Source: an uncultured cyanobacterium
GTDB taxonomy: Bacteria > Cyanobacteriota > Cyanobacteriia > Phormidesmidales > Phormidesmidaceae
Length of the DNA stretch: 64,000 nucleotides
Assembly: GCA_963793265.1 (NCBI GenBank)
Contig: CAWBZI010000002.1
Location: 768,001 to 832,000 of the forward strand
Reading direction: 5' to 3'
Shown: in pieces, positions 43,298 to 53,618 of the stretch
Layout: every line of letters begins with the position of its first letter
Numbering within the stretch: position 1 is the first letter of the stretch
Notes under the pieces: model-generated
Told to the model about the DNA's origin: nothing
The model's database searches: none
The model's input: only the letters and a program-made list of their open reading frames with translations
Translations under genes and position numbers: made by a program

Positions 43298-44641
43298 TCA
43301 GGTTGTATATTCTGCGTTGATTTTGACGTAATCGTAGCTGAGATCGCAGCCCCAAGCCTGTCCTTTCCCAGGGCCAGAGCCTACGCTGATGCTAACTTTC
43401 ACAGGATGGTTGAGTGTCTCTATCTCTAGCTGCTGACGCTCGAAGGGCTGCTGCGTCTCGGTTACTAGCAGCGCATTACTTTGCTGAGCGCTGGTGAGCA
43501 GAATTTGAGACATCGCCAGTACACTACGCTCTGACTGCTCAGTGAGGTAGGCGCTAGCAGCTTTGCGATCGAAAGCCTGAGGCGTGCCATCTATCATGAG
43601 TGCAAAATCGCCTAGCCTAATTGTTAGTTCACCTTGCTCGAAAGGAATACCAGCGCGTCCGGCAGCCCCAGCAATGCGGCCCCAGTTAGGATCGCGGCCA
43701 AAAATAGCAGACTTTACTAAAGAAGAGCCTGCCACAGTGCGCGCGATTTGGTTGGCAGCGCGATCGCTCATCGCCCCGGCCACCGAAATTTCTATCAGGC
43801 ATGTAGCCCCCTCGCCATCGCGAGCAATCGATTTTGCCAGGTGAACGCACACCTCCGTCAACATTGCTTCTAGCTTGTCGGCATCAGGGCCTGCTTCAGT
43901 AATCGCAGGCGTACGCGACTCGCCATTAGCCAACGCCAGCAGACAGTCATTCGTGCTGGTATCGCCATCGACCGTGATTTGATTGAAGCTTTTTTCGGTG
44001 GCGCGGCGCAGCATGTCTTGCCAAAGCTGAGGAGATACTGCCGCATCGCAGGTAACAAAAGCCAGCATGGTTGCCATGTTGGGATGAATCATCCCAGAGC
44101 CTTTGGAGATGCCGCCAATGCGCACGGGGCGATCGCCTATTTGCGTCTCTAGCGCAATTGATTTAGTCACTAAATCTGTAGTGACAATCGCTCGAGCAGC
44201 CCGATCAGATCCCTCGTGAGAAAGATCGGCAACCAGATTGGGAATGCCTGCTTTGAGCGCGTCTATTTTAAGCCGCTGTCCAATGACGCCGGTAGAGGCA
44301 GTGAGCACCTGATTGGGCGAAAGCATTAGCGCCGAGGCGGTTGCCGCTGCGCTCTCTAGAGCATCTTGAACACCCTGATCACCTGTGCAGGCATTGGCCT
44401 GGCCCGCATTGCAGAGAATGGCGCGAGCCGCTGGTTTTTCTTCGAGCAAATTCTGGCAGTAGTCAACGCAGGCTGCGCGCACCTGGCTAGTGGTGAAAAC
44501 GCCCGCAGCGATCGCATCACAGTCCGACACAATCAGCGCCAAATCTGGTGCTCCTGAAGGCTTGAGCCCTGCCGTTACACCGGCTGCTCGAAAGCCTTTG
44601 GGCGCGGTCACACCGCCTTCCACCACCTGCCAATCTGCCAT
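43298..44641 (-). CDS. argJ: Ornithine acetyltransferase / N-acetylglutamate synthase ArgJ
   Basis: 'KGSGMIHPNMATML', 'DGDTSTND', 'ARDGEGAT', 'DPNWGRI', 'YVKINAEYTT'. Confidence 0.96.
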   Translation of the reverse strand: MADWQVVEGGVTAPKGFRAAGVTAGLKPSGAPDLALIVSDCDAIAAGVFTTSQVRAACVDYCQNLLEEKPAARAILCNAGQANACTGDQGVQDALESAAATASALMLSPNQVLTASTGVIGQRLKIDALKAGIPNLVADLSHEGSDRAARAIVTTDLVTKSIALETQIGDRPVRIGGISKGSGMIHPNMATMLAFVTCDAAVSPQLWQDMLRRATEKSFNQITVDGDTSTNDCLLALANGESRTPAITEAGPDADKLEAMLTEVCVHLAKSIARDGEGATCLIEISVAGAMSDRAANQIARTVAGSSLVKSAIFGRDPNWGRIAGAAGRAGIPFEQGELTIRLGDFALMIDGTPQAFDRKAASAYLTEQSERSVLAMSQILLTSAQQSNALLVTETQQPFERQQLEIETLNHPVKVSISVGSGPGKGQAWGCDLSYDYVKINAEYTT

Positions 44642-44733
44642 CGCTATTCCGCTTTTGCTAATAAAGAGTGGATTATACCAAGCTGTTAAGCGCCTATGAT
44701 CTCTTTAGAGCCAAACGGCCTGACTGACGTTTT

Positions 44734-46346
44734 TTGCTGAAGCTGAATTTGAACTTTCTTAAGCGTTTTACAAATAAAAAGACATTGCTAATAATGTCTG
44801 GGCCTTGGGCGCTGCTACTCGGCGGAACGCTTATGGGCCTTGCGCCTGTAAACGCTTGGCCGCTGGCCTGGATAGCAATGGTGCCGCTGTGGACGCTCTC
44901 GGTTCAGCCGTCGCAATCTCTGCGAAAAACGCTCTCCTACGCCGCTATTTGGGGCGCGGCCTATCACGGCATAGCGCTCTCTTGGGTAAGGGGCCTGCAT
45001 CCGATGATGTGGATGGGCGTGCCCTGGCTAGGCAGCATTGCGGTAACCCTATTCTCATGGGCCTTCATTACGCTATGGGGCGTGGCGATTGGTGTGATTT
45101 GGACGGGGCTGATGGTGGCTTTGAGCAGGCGGGTTAGCCAAAGCGGCAGATCGCTCACTGGTCTGTCACGGGTTTTAATCGGGACAGCGCTGTGGTGCAC
45201 AATTGAATGGATTTGGAGCAAAGGGCCGCTGTATTGGTCGCCCGTTAACTACACCCAAAGTCCTTATAATCTGATGGCTTTGCAGCTTGGGCAGCTATCG
45301 GGGCCGTTGACTATCAGCGCCGCGATTTTGGCCGTTAATGGACTGTTGGCTGAGGCTTGGATAAGTGCTTGGACACATAAGGCGCGTTCTGCTCTTTTGT
45401 ATGCGATCGCCCTATTTACAGCCATCCACCTACTTGGCTTTGGCCTCTACAGCCGCCCCTTAGCTAGCGGCCCAGATAATGCAATAACAGTGGGCCTGAT
45501 TCAGGGCAACATCCCCAGCAGCCAAAAGCTAACGGCGCAGGGCGTCAAAGCATCTCGACAGGTCTATTTAAAAGGATACGAGTCTTTAGCAGCTAAAGGC
45601 GCGGACTTAGTGATCACGCCTGAAGGGGCGATACCGCAGGAATGGAACGCCTTTTTACAAGATCAGAATGTGTTTCAAAGAGCCGTTATTAAAGCGGGCG
45701 TACCGCTGCTTTTAGGAACGTTTGTTCATCAGCAGATTGACGAACCGCTAACGCCGCTAACGCAAAGTCTACTGATGCTAACGTCCGGTGACGATTCTGA
45801 CGGTGAGATTGCCGGACGCTACAACAAAATAAAGCTGGTGCCTTTAGGAGAATATATTCCGTTTGAGCCGGTGATTGGCGCGATTGTTAACCGGCTATCG
45901 CCCTTTGGCGAAAGTATGATTGCCGGGCGCGCCGATCAGCAGCTAGAAACGCCTTTTGGCCCGATAGTCGCTGGAATTTGCTATGAGTCGGTGTATCCAG
46001 AGCTGTTTCGAGCGCAGGCAAAAGCAGGTGGACAGGCTATTTTTACAGCGTCTAATAACGATCCTTATCCGCCGCGCATGATGATGCAGCACCACGGACA
46101 AGATGTGATGCGCGCTGTGGAAACCGATCGGTGGGCGGTGCGCGTGACAAATACGGGATTTCGGGCGTCGTTGATCCTCGGGGGCGATCGCGCTGGCTTT
46201 CTACACCCAACGAATATGCTACTCACCTTGCCACAATTCACCTGAGACAAACGCAGACGCTCTACGTACGCTGGGGAAACTGGCTGACACCTGTGTTGCT
46301 CTTAGGAAGTGTGATCGCGCTTTTCAACTACCGTCGCACGCCTTAG
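44734..46346 (+). pseudogene. lnt: Apolipoprotein N-acyltransferase Lnt, one missing base near the 3' end (probably artefact)
   Basis: QGNI, PEGA, 'KLVPLGEYIP', 'ICYES'. 'TNTG|ISGVVDP.G...TLYVRWGNW' continues in another frame after about 46157. Confidence 0.9.
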
Positions 46347-47998
46347 GCCGATAAATTCAGCGGCAACTGCACGACAAACGTCGCCCCCTGACCAGGCACC
46401 GACTGACAAAACAGCCGCCCATGATGCTTTTCGGTAATGATGCTATAGCTAATCGAAAGGCCCATGCCCGTCCCTTTACCGACTGGTTTGGTCGTAAAAA
46501 ATGCATCGAAAATGCGAGCCTGTACCGCTTCAGGAATGCCGAGGCCAGTGTCCGCGATCGCTACCTCAGCCCAACTATCGCCGCCTAGCGTTTTAAGACT
46601 TGTGCGTAACGTAAGCTTTCCGCGATCGCTTTTTTCCTGGCACGCTTCTCGGCGCTCACGTTCACGCTCGTTCCTTGCCCACGCCTCGTCAATCGCATCA
46701 ATCGCGTTAGAAATAATATTCATCAACACCTGATTGAGCTGACCTGGATAGCAAGCCACCTGAGGCAGCGGGCCATAATTGCGCACGACCTCAACGGCTG
46801 GCACCTCAGCAGACGCCTTCAGCCGATGCTGCAAAATCAGCAGCGTACTCTCTATACCCTGATGAATATCAACAGACTTCAGCCCGGTTTCATCCGACCT
46901 TGAAAAATTGCGTAGCGACAGCACAATCTGCCGAATGCGCCGTGTACCGACTTCCATAGAGCTTAAGATCTTAGGCAAATCGGCGCGCACAAACGCCAGA
47001 TCCGCCGCTTCGATCTCATCTTGAATCTCAGCAACAGGCGTAGGATAGTGCGTTTGATAGCTGTCCATTAAGTTGAGTAAATCCGTAGCATATTCGCGAA
47101 TTGGATCTAGATTGGCATGAATGAAATTAACCGGGTTATTAATCTCATGAGCAACCCCAGCTACGAGCTGACCTAAGCTCGACATTTTTTCACTCTGCAC
47201 CATCTGCACCTGCGCCTGCCTGAGTTCAGCAAGCGTGTATTCAAGATCTTTAGCCTTCTGCTGAAGCGTTGCCTCTGATAGCTGAAGCTCTTGATGGCTA
47301 GTTTCGAGCTGCTGCTTAGCCTGGCGCAAACTATCTTCAGCCGCCCGGCGACGGAGAATATATTGATTAATTAAATAGAGCAGCACTACCCAGGCAATCA
47401 GCAAAATCCAAAAGCTGACCATGCTAAAAACGCTGGAGAGAAATAAACCTTCACCGTAATTTTTGAGATTGGTATTCACTTCAGCGCTGAGTATGTCTGA
47501 CCAAGCTCGCATACCGCTAGCTGAGATTTCTTTTTGGGCCTGATAAGTATCGCTAAACAAAAGCGCTAGCGCCTGCTGCGGCTTCTCAATCCGTACTAGC
47601 CTAAAGGCCGCATTTTCTATCTCAATCAGCCTGGAGCTGGCTTTTGTAATCGGCTCTACTTCTAAGTTGTAGGCATCGGCATTAAGATCCACAACCTGAT
47701 CGATAGACTCAATCAGTCTGGGCTCAAAGGCTCTGTAGCGTGCTTCCCACGATAAATCTCCTGTGGCTGCCGCTAAGCGAGCTGACATTGTGAGCACTTC
47801 GTTGTAGTAGCTAATTTCGTCGCTAAGACGCTGAAGCTGAAAGTCGGTAGTGATGCCACGCTTGAACCCCTGAGAGATCTTGGCCGTATTAAAGCTGCCA
47901 ATCGCAACCAGCATCAGACTAATGACGACCGCTATTGTAAGGACGGGCATTAGGAAGTCATTAGATAGCCGACTAGGCCGATGCAAAGCGAGTTTCAT
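46343..47998 (-). CDS. Membrane-bound sensor histidine kinase
   Basis: Two TM helices, H-box 'GVAHEINNP', N-box 'NIISNAIDA', 'DTGLGI', 'FFTTKPVGKGTGMGL'. Confidence 0.93.
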   Translation of the reverse strand: MKLALHRPSRLSNDFLMPVLTIAVVISLMLVAIGSFNTAKISQGFKRGITTDFQLQRLSDEISYYNEVLTMSARLAAATGDLSWEARYRAFEPRLIESIDQVVDLNADAYNLEVEPITKASSRLIEIENAAFRLVRIEKPQQALALLFSDTYQAQKEISASGMRAWSDILSAEVNTNLKNYGEGLFLSSVFSMVSFWILLIAWVVLLYLINQYILRRRAAEDSLRQAKQQLETSHQELQLSEATLQQKAKDLEYTLAELRQAQVQMVQSEKMSSLGQLVAGVAHEINNPVNFIHANLDPIREYATDLLNLMDSYQTHYPTPVAEIQDEIEAADLAFVRADLPKILSSMEVGTRRIRQIVLSLRNFSRSDETGLKSVDIHQGIESTLLILQHRLKASAEVPAVEVVRNYGPLPQVACYPGQLNQVLMNIISNAIDAIDEAWARNERERERREACQEKSDRGKLTLRTSLKTLGGDSWAEVAIADTGLGIPEAVQARIFDAFFTTKPVGKGTGMGLSISYSIITEKHHGRLFCQSVPGQGATFVVQLPLNLSA

Positions 47999-48081
47999 GA
48001 GCGCCGAAGACGGGAGGTTTTGCTATCGCAGCATTCCCGAATCCAACTTAAATTGATAGAAGCTTGATAGAGCGATGGAGC

Positions 48082-50115
48082 TTACTTGCATAGCAGCTTG
48101 CTGATTTCAGTAGCCTGTAGCGGACTGCTCAGTAAAAATCCCTGCCCGTGCGGACAGTCCAAACTCACTAGAGCATCTAACTGCTGCTGAGTTTCAATGC
48201 CTTCGGCAATGACGCTCATATTGGCACTCCGACCGAGATCAATAATCGTCTTAATAATTTCTGTACCCCCGATACTGTCTATACCCTCAACGAAAGTGCG
48301 GTCAATCTTTAGCGCGCCCACGTTGAGCTGATGCAGACGGCTCAGCGAAGAATGACCCAGGCCGAAGTCATCAACACAAAGCCCCAAACCCAAAGCATGA
48401 AGCTGCTGCAAAGCGACCATAACAGCCGGGTCGCTGCTGAGTAGCACCTGCTCTTCTATTTCTAATAAGAAAGCAGAGGGCGGGAGCTGATAGTCCGCTA
48501 GCATGTCGCGCCAATAGTCGATTAACTGCGGGCAGCAAATTTGGACTAAAGACAAATTGAGGTGTATCTGTAGGTTGTTTTCAGGCAGGCAGTCGCGCCA
48601 CGCTTTAAGCTGACAGCAGGCGGTCTGAATAATTTGATGGCACAGATCGACGAGAAGACCGATGTCGTTAGCGATCGCAATAAACTCACTCGCCTCTAAA
48701 CAGCCATGCTGCGGGTGATGCCAGCGCAAAAGTGCCTCAAACCCAGCTATTCGCGCATTCTCCAGACCAAAAATAGGCTGATAATACAGATGAAACTCAC
48801 TTTTTTCTAATCCTTGACGCAGCTCACTTTCTAGCATCAGTCGGGTTTGGCCGCTACCTTTAGTCGCCGCGTCAAATACGACGAATCGCTGCGCATCATC
48901 AATCGAGTTGTCTTGAATGAGAATAGGCGATGTAGATGTCTCAAGCGCGTTTTTAGATGACTTCAGGGTGCGCTGATGCTGCTCAAGCTGGGCTTGAATT
49001 TTAGCTTTGGCCTGCTGCTTGGAACGCGCCTTAGCCCGATACATAGCGACATCGGCATCTCTGATTGCGGCTTCAGGATGCTTGTAGCCTTGATTGCTAA
49101 AGGTAATGCCCACGCTAGCGCCGATTGAAATTTGGCGATCGCCGACTAAAAACGGCAGACTAAGCTGCTCTTGAAGCCGCTGCACCACTACAAAAACATG
49201 CTCCTCGTTTGGAATATCGTCTAGCAGTACGGCGAACTCGTCGCCACCTAAGCGGGCCACCAAGTCACTCTTGCGCAGCAGCAGCTTGATTTGCTCAGCG
49301 ACATACTGAAGTAGCTGGTCGCCAACATCATGACCGAGCGCATCATTCACCTGCTTAAACTCGTCAAGATCAAGAAAGAGAACGGCGTATAAATGGTTAG
49401 GTTGACGATTTGCAAGCTGAATAGCCTGATCGAGCCTTTGTGAAAAATAGCTGCGGTTAGGGAGCCCGGTTAGCGGATCGTGAAGTGCACTGTGCCTTAA
49501 AGCCGCTTCTCTTTTGAGTAGCTTTGTTTGAGCCTTAAGCAGTCGATGCAGTGCTGAAGTCAGCCCGGCAGTGCGCTCATTAACGCGGTGCTCCAAATTA
49601 TCGTTAGCAGACTTAAGCAGATTCGCCCGATAGATTAGCTCAAGCTGAGCCACGACCTGCCTGCTCAAAACCAATAGCCCATGTTGTTGGGGCGCTGTAA
49701 GCTGGCGAGGTTGGTAGTCGATCACGCACAGAGAACCCAAAGCGTGACCATCAGGTGTTATTAGCGGAGCCCCTGCATAGAATCGAATATGGGGCTCACC
49801 TGTCACCAGCGAATTAGCTTTGAAACGATCGTCTTCTTGAGCATTCTCGACGACCAAAAGACCTGACTGCTGAATTGTTTGATTGCAAAAAGCAATATTA
49901 CGGGGCGTTTCGTTCACCGTCATGCCAATTTTTGACTTGAACCACTGGCGGTCGGCGTCTATCAGGCTGATAAGAGCCGTTGGCGTTTGGCAGATGTGAG
50001 CAGCCAACGAAGTAATATCGTCATAAACTGGCTCAGGAAGCGTATCTAAGACGTTATAGCCTTGGAGCTTCGCTAGGCGAAGGGTTTCTTTCGCTGGCCC
50101 AAAATCTGCTGTCAT
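48082..50115 (-). CDS. GAF-GGDEF-EAL c-di-GMP signalling protein
   Basis: GAF 'IRFYAGAPL', intact GGDEF, EAL 'FEALLRW', DDFG, EGIE. Confidence 0.93.
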   Translation of the reverse strand: MTADFGPAKETLRLAKLQGYNVLDTLPEPVYDDITSLAAHICQTPTALISLIDADRQWFKSKIGMTVNETPRNIAFCNQTIQQSGLLVVENAQEDDRFKANSLVTGEPHIRFYAGAPLITPDGHALGSLCVIDYQPRQLTAPQQHGLLVLSRQVVAQLELIYRANLLKSANDNLEHRVNERTAGLTSALHRLLKAQTKLLKREAALRHSALHDPLTGLPNRSYFSQRLDQAIQLANRQPNHLYAVLFLDLDEFKQVNDALGHDVGDQLLQYVAEQIKLLLRKSDLVARLGGDEFAVLLDDIPNEEHVFVVVQRLQEQLSLPFLVGDRQISIGASVGITFSNQGYKHPEAAIRDADVAMYRAKARSKQQAKAKIQAQLEQHQRTLKSSKNALETSTSPILIQDNSIDDAQRFVVFDAATKGSGQTRLMLESELRQGLEKSEFHLYYQPIFGLENARIAGFEALLRWHHPQHGCLEASEFIAIANDIGLLVDLCHQIIQTACCQLKAWRDCLPENNLQIHLNLSLVQICCPQLIDYWRDMLADYQLPPSAFLLEIEEQVLLSSDPAVMVALQQLHALGLGLCVDDFGLGHSSLSRLHQLNVGALKIDRTFVEGIDSIGGTEIIKTIIDLGRSANMSVIAEGIETQQQLDALVSLDCPHGQGFLLSSPLQATEISKLLCK

Positions 50116-50426
50116 AGGTTGGTGATTAGCGCGAAACGATTGGCTCTAAGTGACTTGAGCGAATCTATATAGGTGAATTGACTAGAGAGGAATGCTGAAT
50201 CGATAGATCGCACAAGAAAAGCCGATTTGTGGCTAAGTATTTTAAGTATAGGATTAGAACATTGATTTAAATAAAAACCGTCTGCCTCAGTTAAAATACT
50301 TAGATGGTTATAGCACAGCGACAAGAATAGACTAGATCCAGCTTGCTTTAGTAGCAAAAGCTACTTAGTCAGAGGACTTCAATACATAAGCAAATAAGTA
50401 TTAAAGTTCTTAAAAGGTGCAGTGTC

Positions 50427-51485
50427 TTATCTGGTTGTAGCCGCATCGCACCAGTTTAAAACTCGATTCCAGGCCCACCAGCGGTCAGGATCTTTGATCT
50501 GCTGCTGACAAGCCCGGCTACTGATATAGCCCACATGGCCACCTTCTGAAGTCAGAATCAGATCTATGCACTCATTTTCCGCACAAGTCGCCTCAATTTC
50601 TTTAACTAGCGCCGGTTCAAATAGTGGATCATCCGCAGCATAGAGAATCAGCGTGGGCTTTTTGAGTTCGGGCAAAACATATAAGCCGCTGGTGATGGTG
50701 TAGTACTCTTCTACAGAACTAATCCCCAACCGGGAAATAACAATTTCGTGATCAAAGCTCCATATGCTGTGCACGCGCTCAACGGCTTGCGGATCGAACG
50801 CGGCAGGGTGATCTTGCTGAAGCTGGTAAAGGAGCTGTTTGAGCTTGCGAGTAATGGCCTTTTCTAAGTATTTACCCGTAGGATGATTCACTAAGTACTG
50901 AAGACTTCGCAACGACTCTAGCGCCGGGCAAATCACCGCACAGCCGCCGATATCATCTAGCGTCAAGTCTAAATCTGTTCCCCATTTGTCAATTGACTGC
51001 GCCGACTTTACGCCCCAAAGTGCCAGCAGCCCTCCTAAGGAAAATGCTGTAAACCAGAAGGGAGCAGGCGCGCCCATTGCCTTTACTGCTGCTGCAATTC
51101 GCACAAAATCTTCGCCTTCGTATAGGCCATCTGACGTCATCGCGGGTGAAAGCTTTGCCGTTTTGCCGTGCGCGCGCCAGTCAAACACAACCACTGCGTA
51201 GCCGCGGGCGTAGGCTTTGCGGGCCATAATTTGCAGGAACCACTGATCGTCTAAGTCGCCTGTGATGCCGTAGGTGCCAATGATGGTTTTGGTCGCGCCT
51301 GGCGGAATGGCAACTCGCCCAAAGATAGGGACGCCGTTTGCACCGATGAATATCTTTTCTTGAAATACTGGCTCAGGTTCGCTTAGCGTGTTTTGCCAGT
51401 TGTGGCTCGCTCGCAGTCCTGTATAAAGGGTCATCAGCAGACCGCTGTTGAGTGGCCAGGGCGCGCAGTAGGGAGGCGGATTCAT
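50427..51485 (-). CDS. Alpha/beta-fold hydrolase (YheT-like)
   Basis: 'FDWRAHG', nucleophile elbow 'AFSLGG', 'ADDP', 'GGHVG'. Confidence 0.85.
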   Translation of the reverse strand: MNPPPYCAPWPLNSGLLMTLYTGLRASHNWQNTLSEPEPVFQEKIFIGANGVPIFGRVAIPPGATKTIIGTYGITGDLDDQWFLQIMARKAYARGYAVVVFDWRAHGKTAKLSPAMTSDGLYEGEDFVRIAAAVKAMGAPAPFWFTAFSLGGLLALWGVKSAQSIDKWGTDLDLTLDDIGGCAVICPALESLRSLQYLVNHPTGKYLEKAITRKLKQLLYQLQQDHPAAFDPQAVERVHSIWSFDHEIVISRLGISSVEEYYTITSGLYVLPELKKPTLILYAADDPLFEPALVKEIEATCAENECIDLILTSEGGHVGYISSRACQQQIKDPDRWWAWNRVLNWCDAATTR

Positions 51486-51622
51486 GTATGTAGACGCGAC
51501 GATCTTTCTAGGATACAGATCATCTTACGACCTACGCTTACATGTGGCCTCTAGTAAAAGGCTAGGAACCGACTACATTGCCTGACTTCGATACTGGATA
51601 ATGTCTCGTTTGCATCCGCTCT

Positions 51623-51871
51623 TTATGTAACGGTGACACATCCTGCTTCTTTAAGAATCCGCTTTGTGGCAGCCGGGTATCTATGTAGCGATATTAGCGG
51701 ACGAACGGGGCGACTTTCCAGATGGCCGCCGCAGTTTGGGCAGGTGCCGTTGAGCATTTCGTCGGCGCAGTCTTGGCAGAATGTGCAGTCAAAGGTGCAG
51801 ATCATCGCTTCTGATGAGTCGGATAGCAAATCTTTGTTGCAGCATTCGCAGTTGGGTCGAATTCCTAGCAT
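51623..51871 (-). CDS. DUF1272-family Cys-rich protein
   Basis: 'RPNCECCNKDL...A.ICTFDCTFC..C....CPNCGG.L..RP'. Confidence 0.88.
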   Translation of the reverse strand: MLGIRPNCECCNKDLLSDSSEAMICTFDCTFCQDCADEMLNGTCPNCGGHLESRPVRPLISLHRYPAATKRILKEAGCVTVT

Positions 51872-52044
51872 GTTGGAAGTTATTAAAAACCGCTAGCTTT
51901 ATTTGTATCTGAGAATCTCAAATGTGGAGCGTTTTTGACTCAATAATTCATGAGCTGAAAGCATGGAGCGGTGCTTTATTTTCTCATGGTAGAGGGGCTG
52001 AGAATGCTGTCAGAATTGAGAGTGTTGAGGTGTGAAAGGCAGAT

Positions 52045-52707
52045 ATGACTAAAAAGCTGATTGATTTGAGCCATACCGTGGAAGATGGCATGGTTACCTA
52101 TAAGGGCATTCCGGCTCCTTTGATCTGTGATTTTCTGACCCGTGAGGCTTCTAAGGCTCACTATGCTGAGGGGACGACTTTTCATATTGGCAAGATTGAA
52201 ATGGCGGCGAATACGGGTACTTATCTAGATTCGCCGTTTCATCGGTATGCGGATGGGAAGGATTTGTCTGAGCTGAAGCTGGAGGCGATCGCGGATCTCG
52301 ATGGCATTCTCTTTCATGCCAAACCCGATCAAACCACTATCGGGCCTGAGCTATTTGCTGACGCTGATGTTCGCGGTAAGGCGGTCTTAGTTCATACGGG
52401 CTGGGATCGGCACTGGCGAACGGATCAGTATTTTGAAAACCACCCGCATTTGAGTGAGGCTGCTGCTGCGTTGCTAAGAGAGTCGGGCGCTACGCTGGTT
52501 GGGATTGATTCTTATAATATTGACGGGACGAAGGATGGTAGGCGGCCTGCGCATTCGATTTTGCTGGGCGCGGATGTTCCTATTGTTGAGCATATGTGCA
52601 ATTTGCAGAACTTGCCTGATGGTGGCTTTAAGTTCAATGCGGTGCCGGTAAAGGTGAAGAAGTTTGGGACGTTTCCGGTTAGGGCTTATGCGGTTGTTGG
52701 TGCATAG
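52045..52707 (+). CDS. Cyclase / kynurenine formamidase-like protein
   Basis: 'IDLSH', 'TGT.LDSP.H', 'LVGIDS', 'H..LLG..VPIVE', 'PVRA.A'. Confidence 0.88.
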   Translation: MTKKLIDLSHTVEDGMVTYKGIPAPLICDFLTREASKAHYAEGTTFHIGKIEMAANTGTYLDSPFHRYADGKDLSELKLEAIADLDGILFHAKPDQTTIGPELFADADVRGKAVLVHTGWDRHWRTDQYFENHPHLSEAAAALLRESGATLVGIDSYNIDGTKDGRRPAHSILLGADVPIVEHMCNLQNLPDGGFKFNAVPVKVKKFGTFPVRAYAVVGA

Positions 52708-52846
52708 ACTGCATAATTTTAATCACCTCAGGCTGAGACGGTTGTATATATGCTAGAGTGAGGGTGTATTAGCTGATTGAGCGTTGACTAACTGAGCAAC
52801 ATCAATTGATTCGCACAGGTTGTTCAAATAAGGTTTATTCACCATC

Positions 52847-53614
52847 ATGCGATCGCAAACAAAATGGCTAGTCTCGACGGCGCTGACTTTCTCTGCACTT
52901 GGGCTTGATGCACAAATTGCTAGCGCTCAAACAGCGGTAAACGAGTTTGAAATTGTCTACGATACGCTCTTTGTCCTAGCGCCGATTGAAGGCCAAGAAG
53001 GGTTCTTTACGGCTAATATTTCCGGTATATCTCAAAATAGCGATGCGGCGTTTGGTCTTACTCAATTTGAGAGTAATGCGTTTGGTAGGTTAGTCTCACA
53101 AGAGTTTGCAACAGATGAAAGCGGTAATACCGTTCCTGTTCAGCAGCGACTTGAGTTCAATGCAAATCCTGATGTGATTGGCCTAGCAGATAGACCCGGC
53201 TCGGTAATAGAACGGCGAGCGGCTTTGGGTATTCCGAATCCTGAGTCGAACTCTGATATCTATTTTGGCGAGGGCGATAACCAGCTATTTGGTCAGGCAG
53301 CCGATCGCGCTGAAATTAATTTCTCTCCGCCAGGCTCTCCTGACTTTCCTGGCACTATCAACGGCGGCGGGCTCATCACTATCACAGATGGCACGGGCAT
53401 TTTTGAGAATGCGAGCGGCCAGATTACGTTTGAGCAGAGCGATCGCTTGCCAGCAGATCAGAGCGCACCCGCACCAGGCGTTGCAACTTTGTTGTTTACC
53501 GTGACGCAAAGTCAGGAAAAACAGGACGTTCCTGAACCTACAGGCGCTTTAGGTCTAATAGCAATAGGTGCGGCAGTCATGACTGGTAGCCAGCGCAAGC
53601 GTCAGGTCAGCTAG
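52847..53614 (+). CDS. PEP-CTERM sorting-domain surface protein
   Basis: Signal peptide; C-terminal VPEP, hydrophobic helix and basic tail (RKR). Confidence 0.85.
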   Translation: MRSQTKWLVSTALTFSALGLDAQIASAQTAVNEFEIVYDTLFVLAPIEGQEGFFTANISGISQNSDAAFGLTQFESNAFGRLVSQEFATDESGNTVPVQQRLEFNANPDVIGLADRPGSVIERRAALGIPNPESNSDIYFGEGDNQLFGQAADRAEINFSPPGSPDFPGTINGGGLITITDGTGIFENASGQITFEQSDRLPADQSAPAPGVATLLFTVTQSQEKQDVPEPTGALGLIAIGAAVMTGSQRKRQVS

Positions 53615-53618
53615 ACGT

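Noticed and set aside
50112..50357. 81-aa ORF or a c-di-GMP riboswitch upstream of the GGDEF-EAL gene
   Set aside because: AT-rich promoter-like DNA with a TTG start; no GEMM-type motif recognised.
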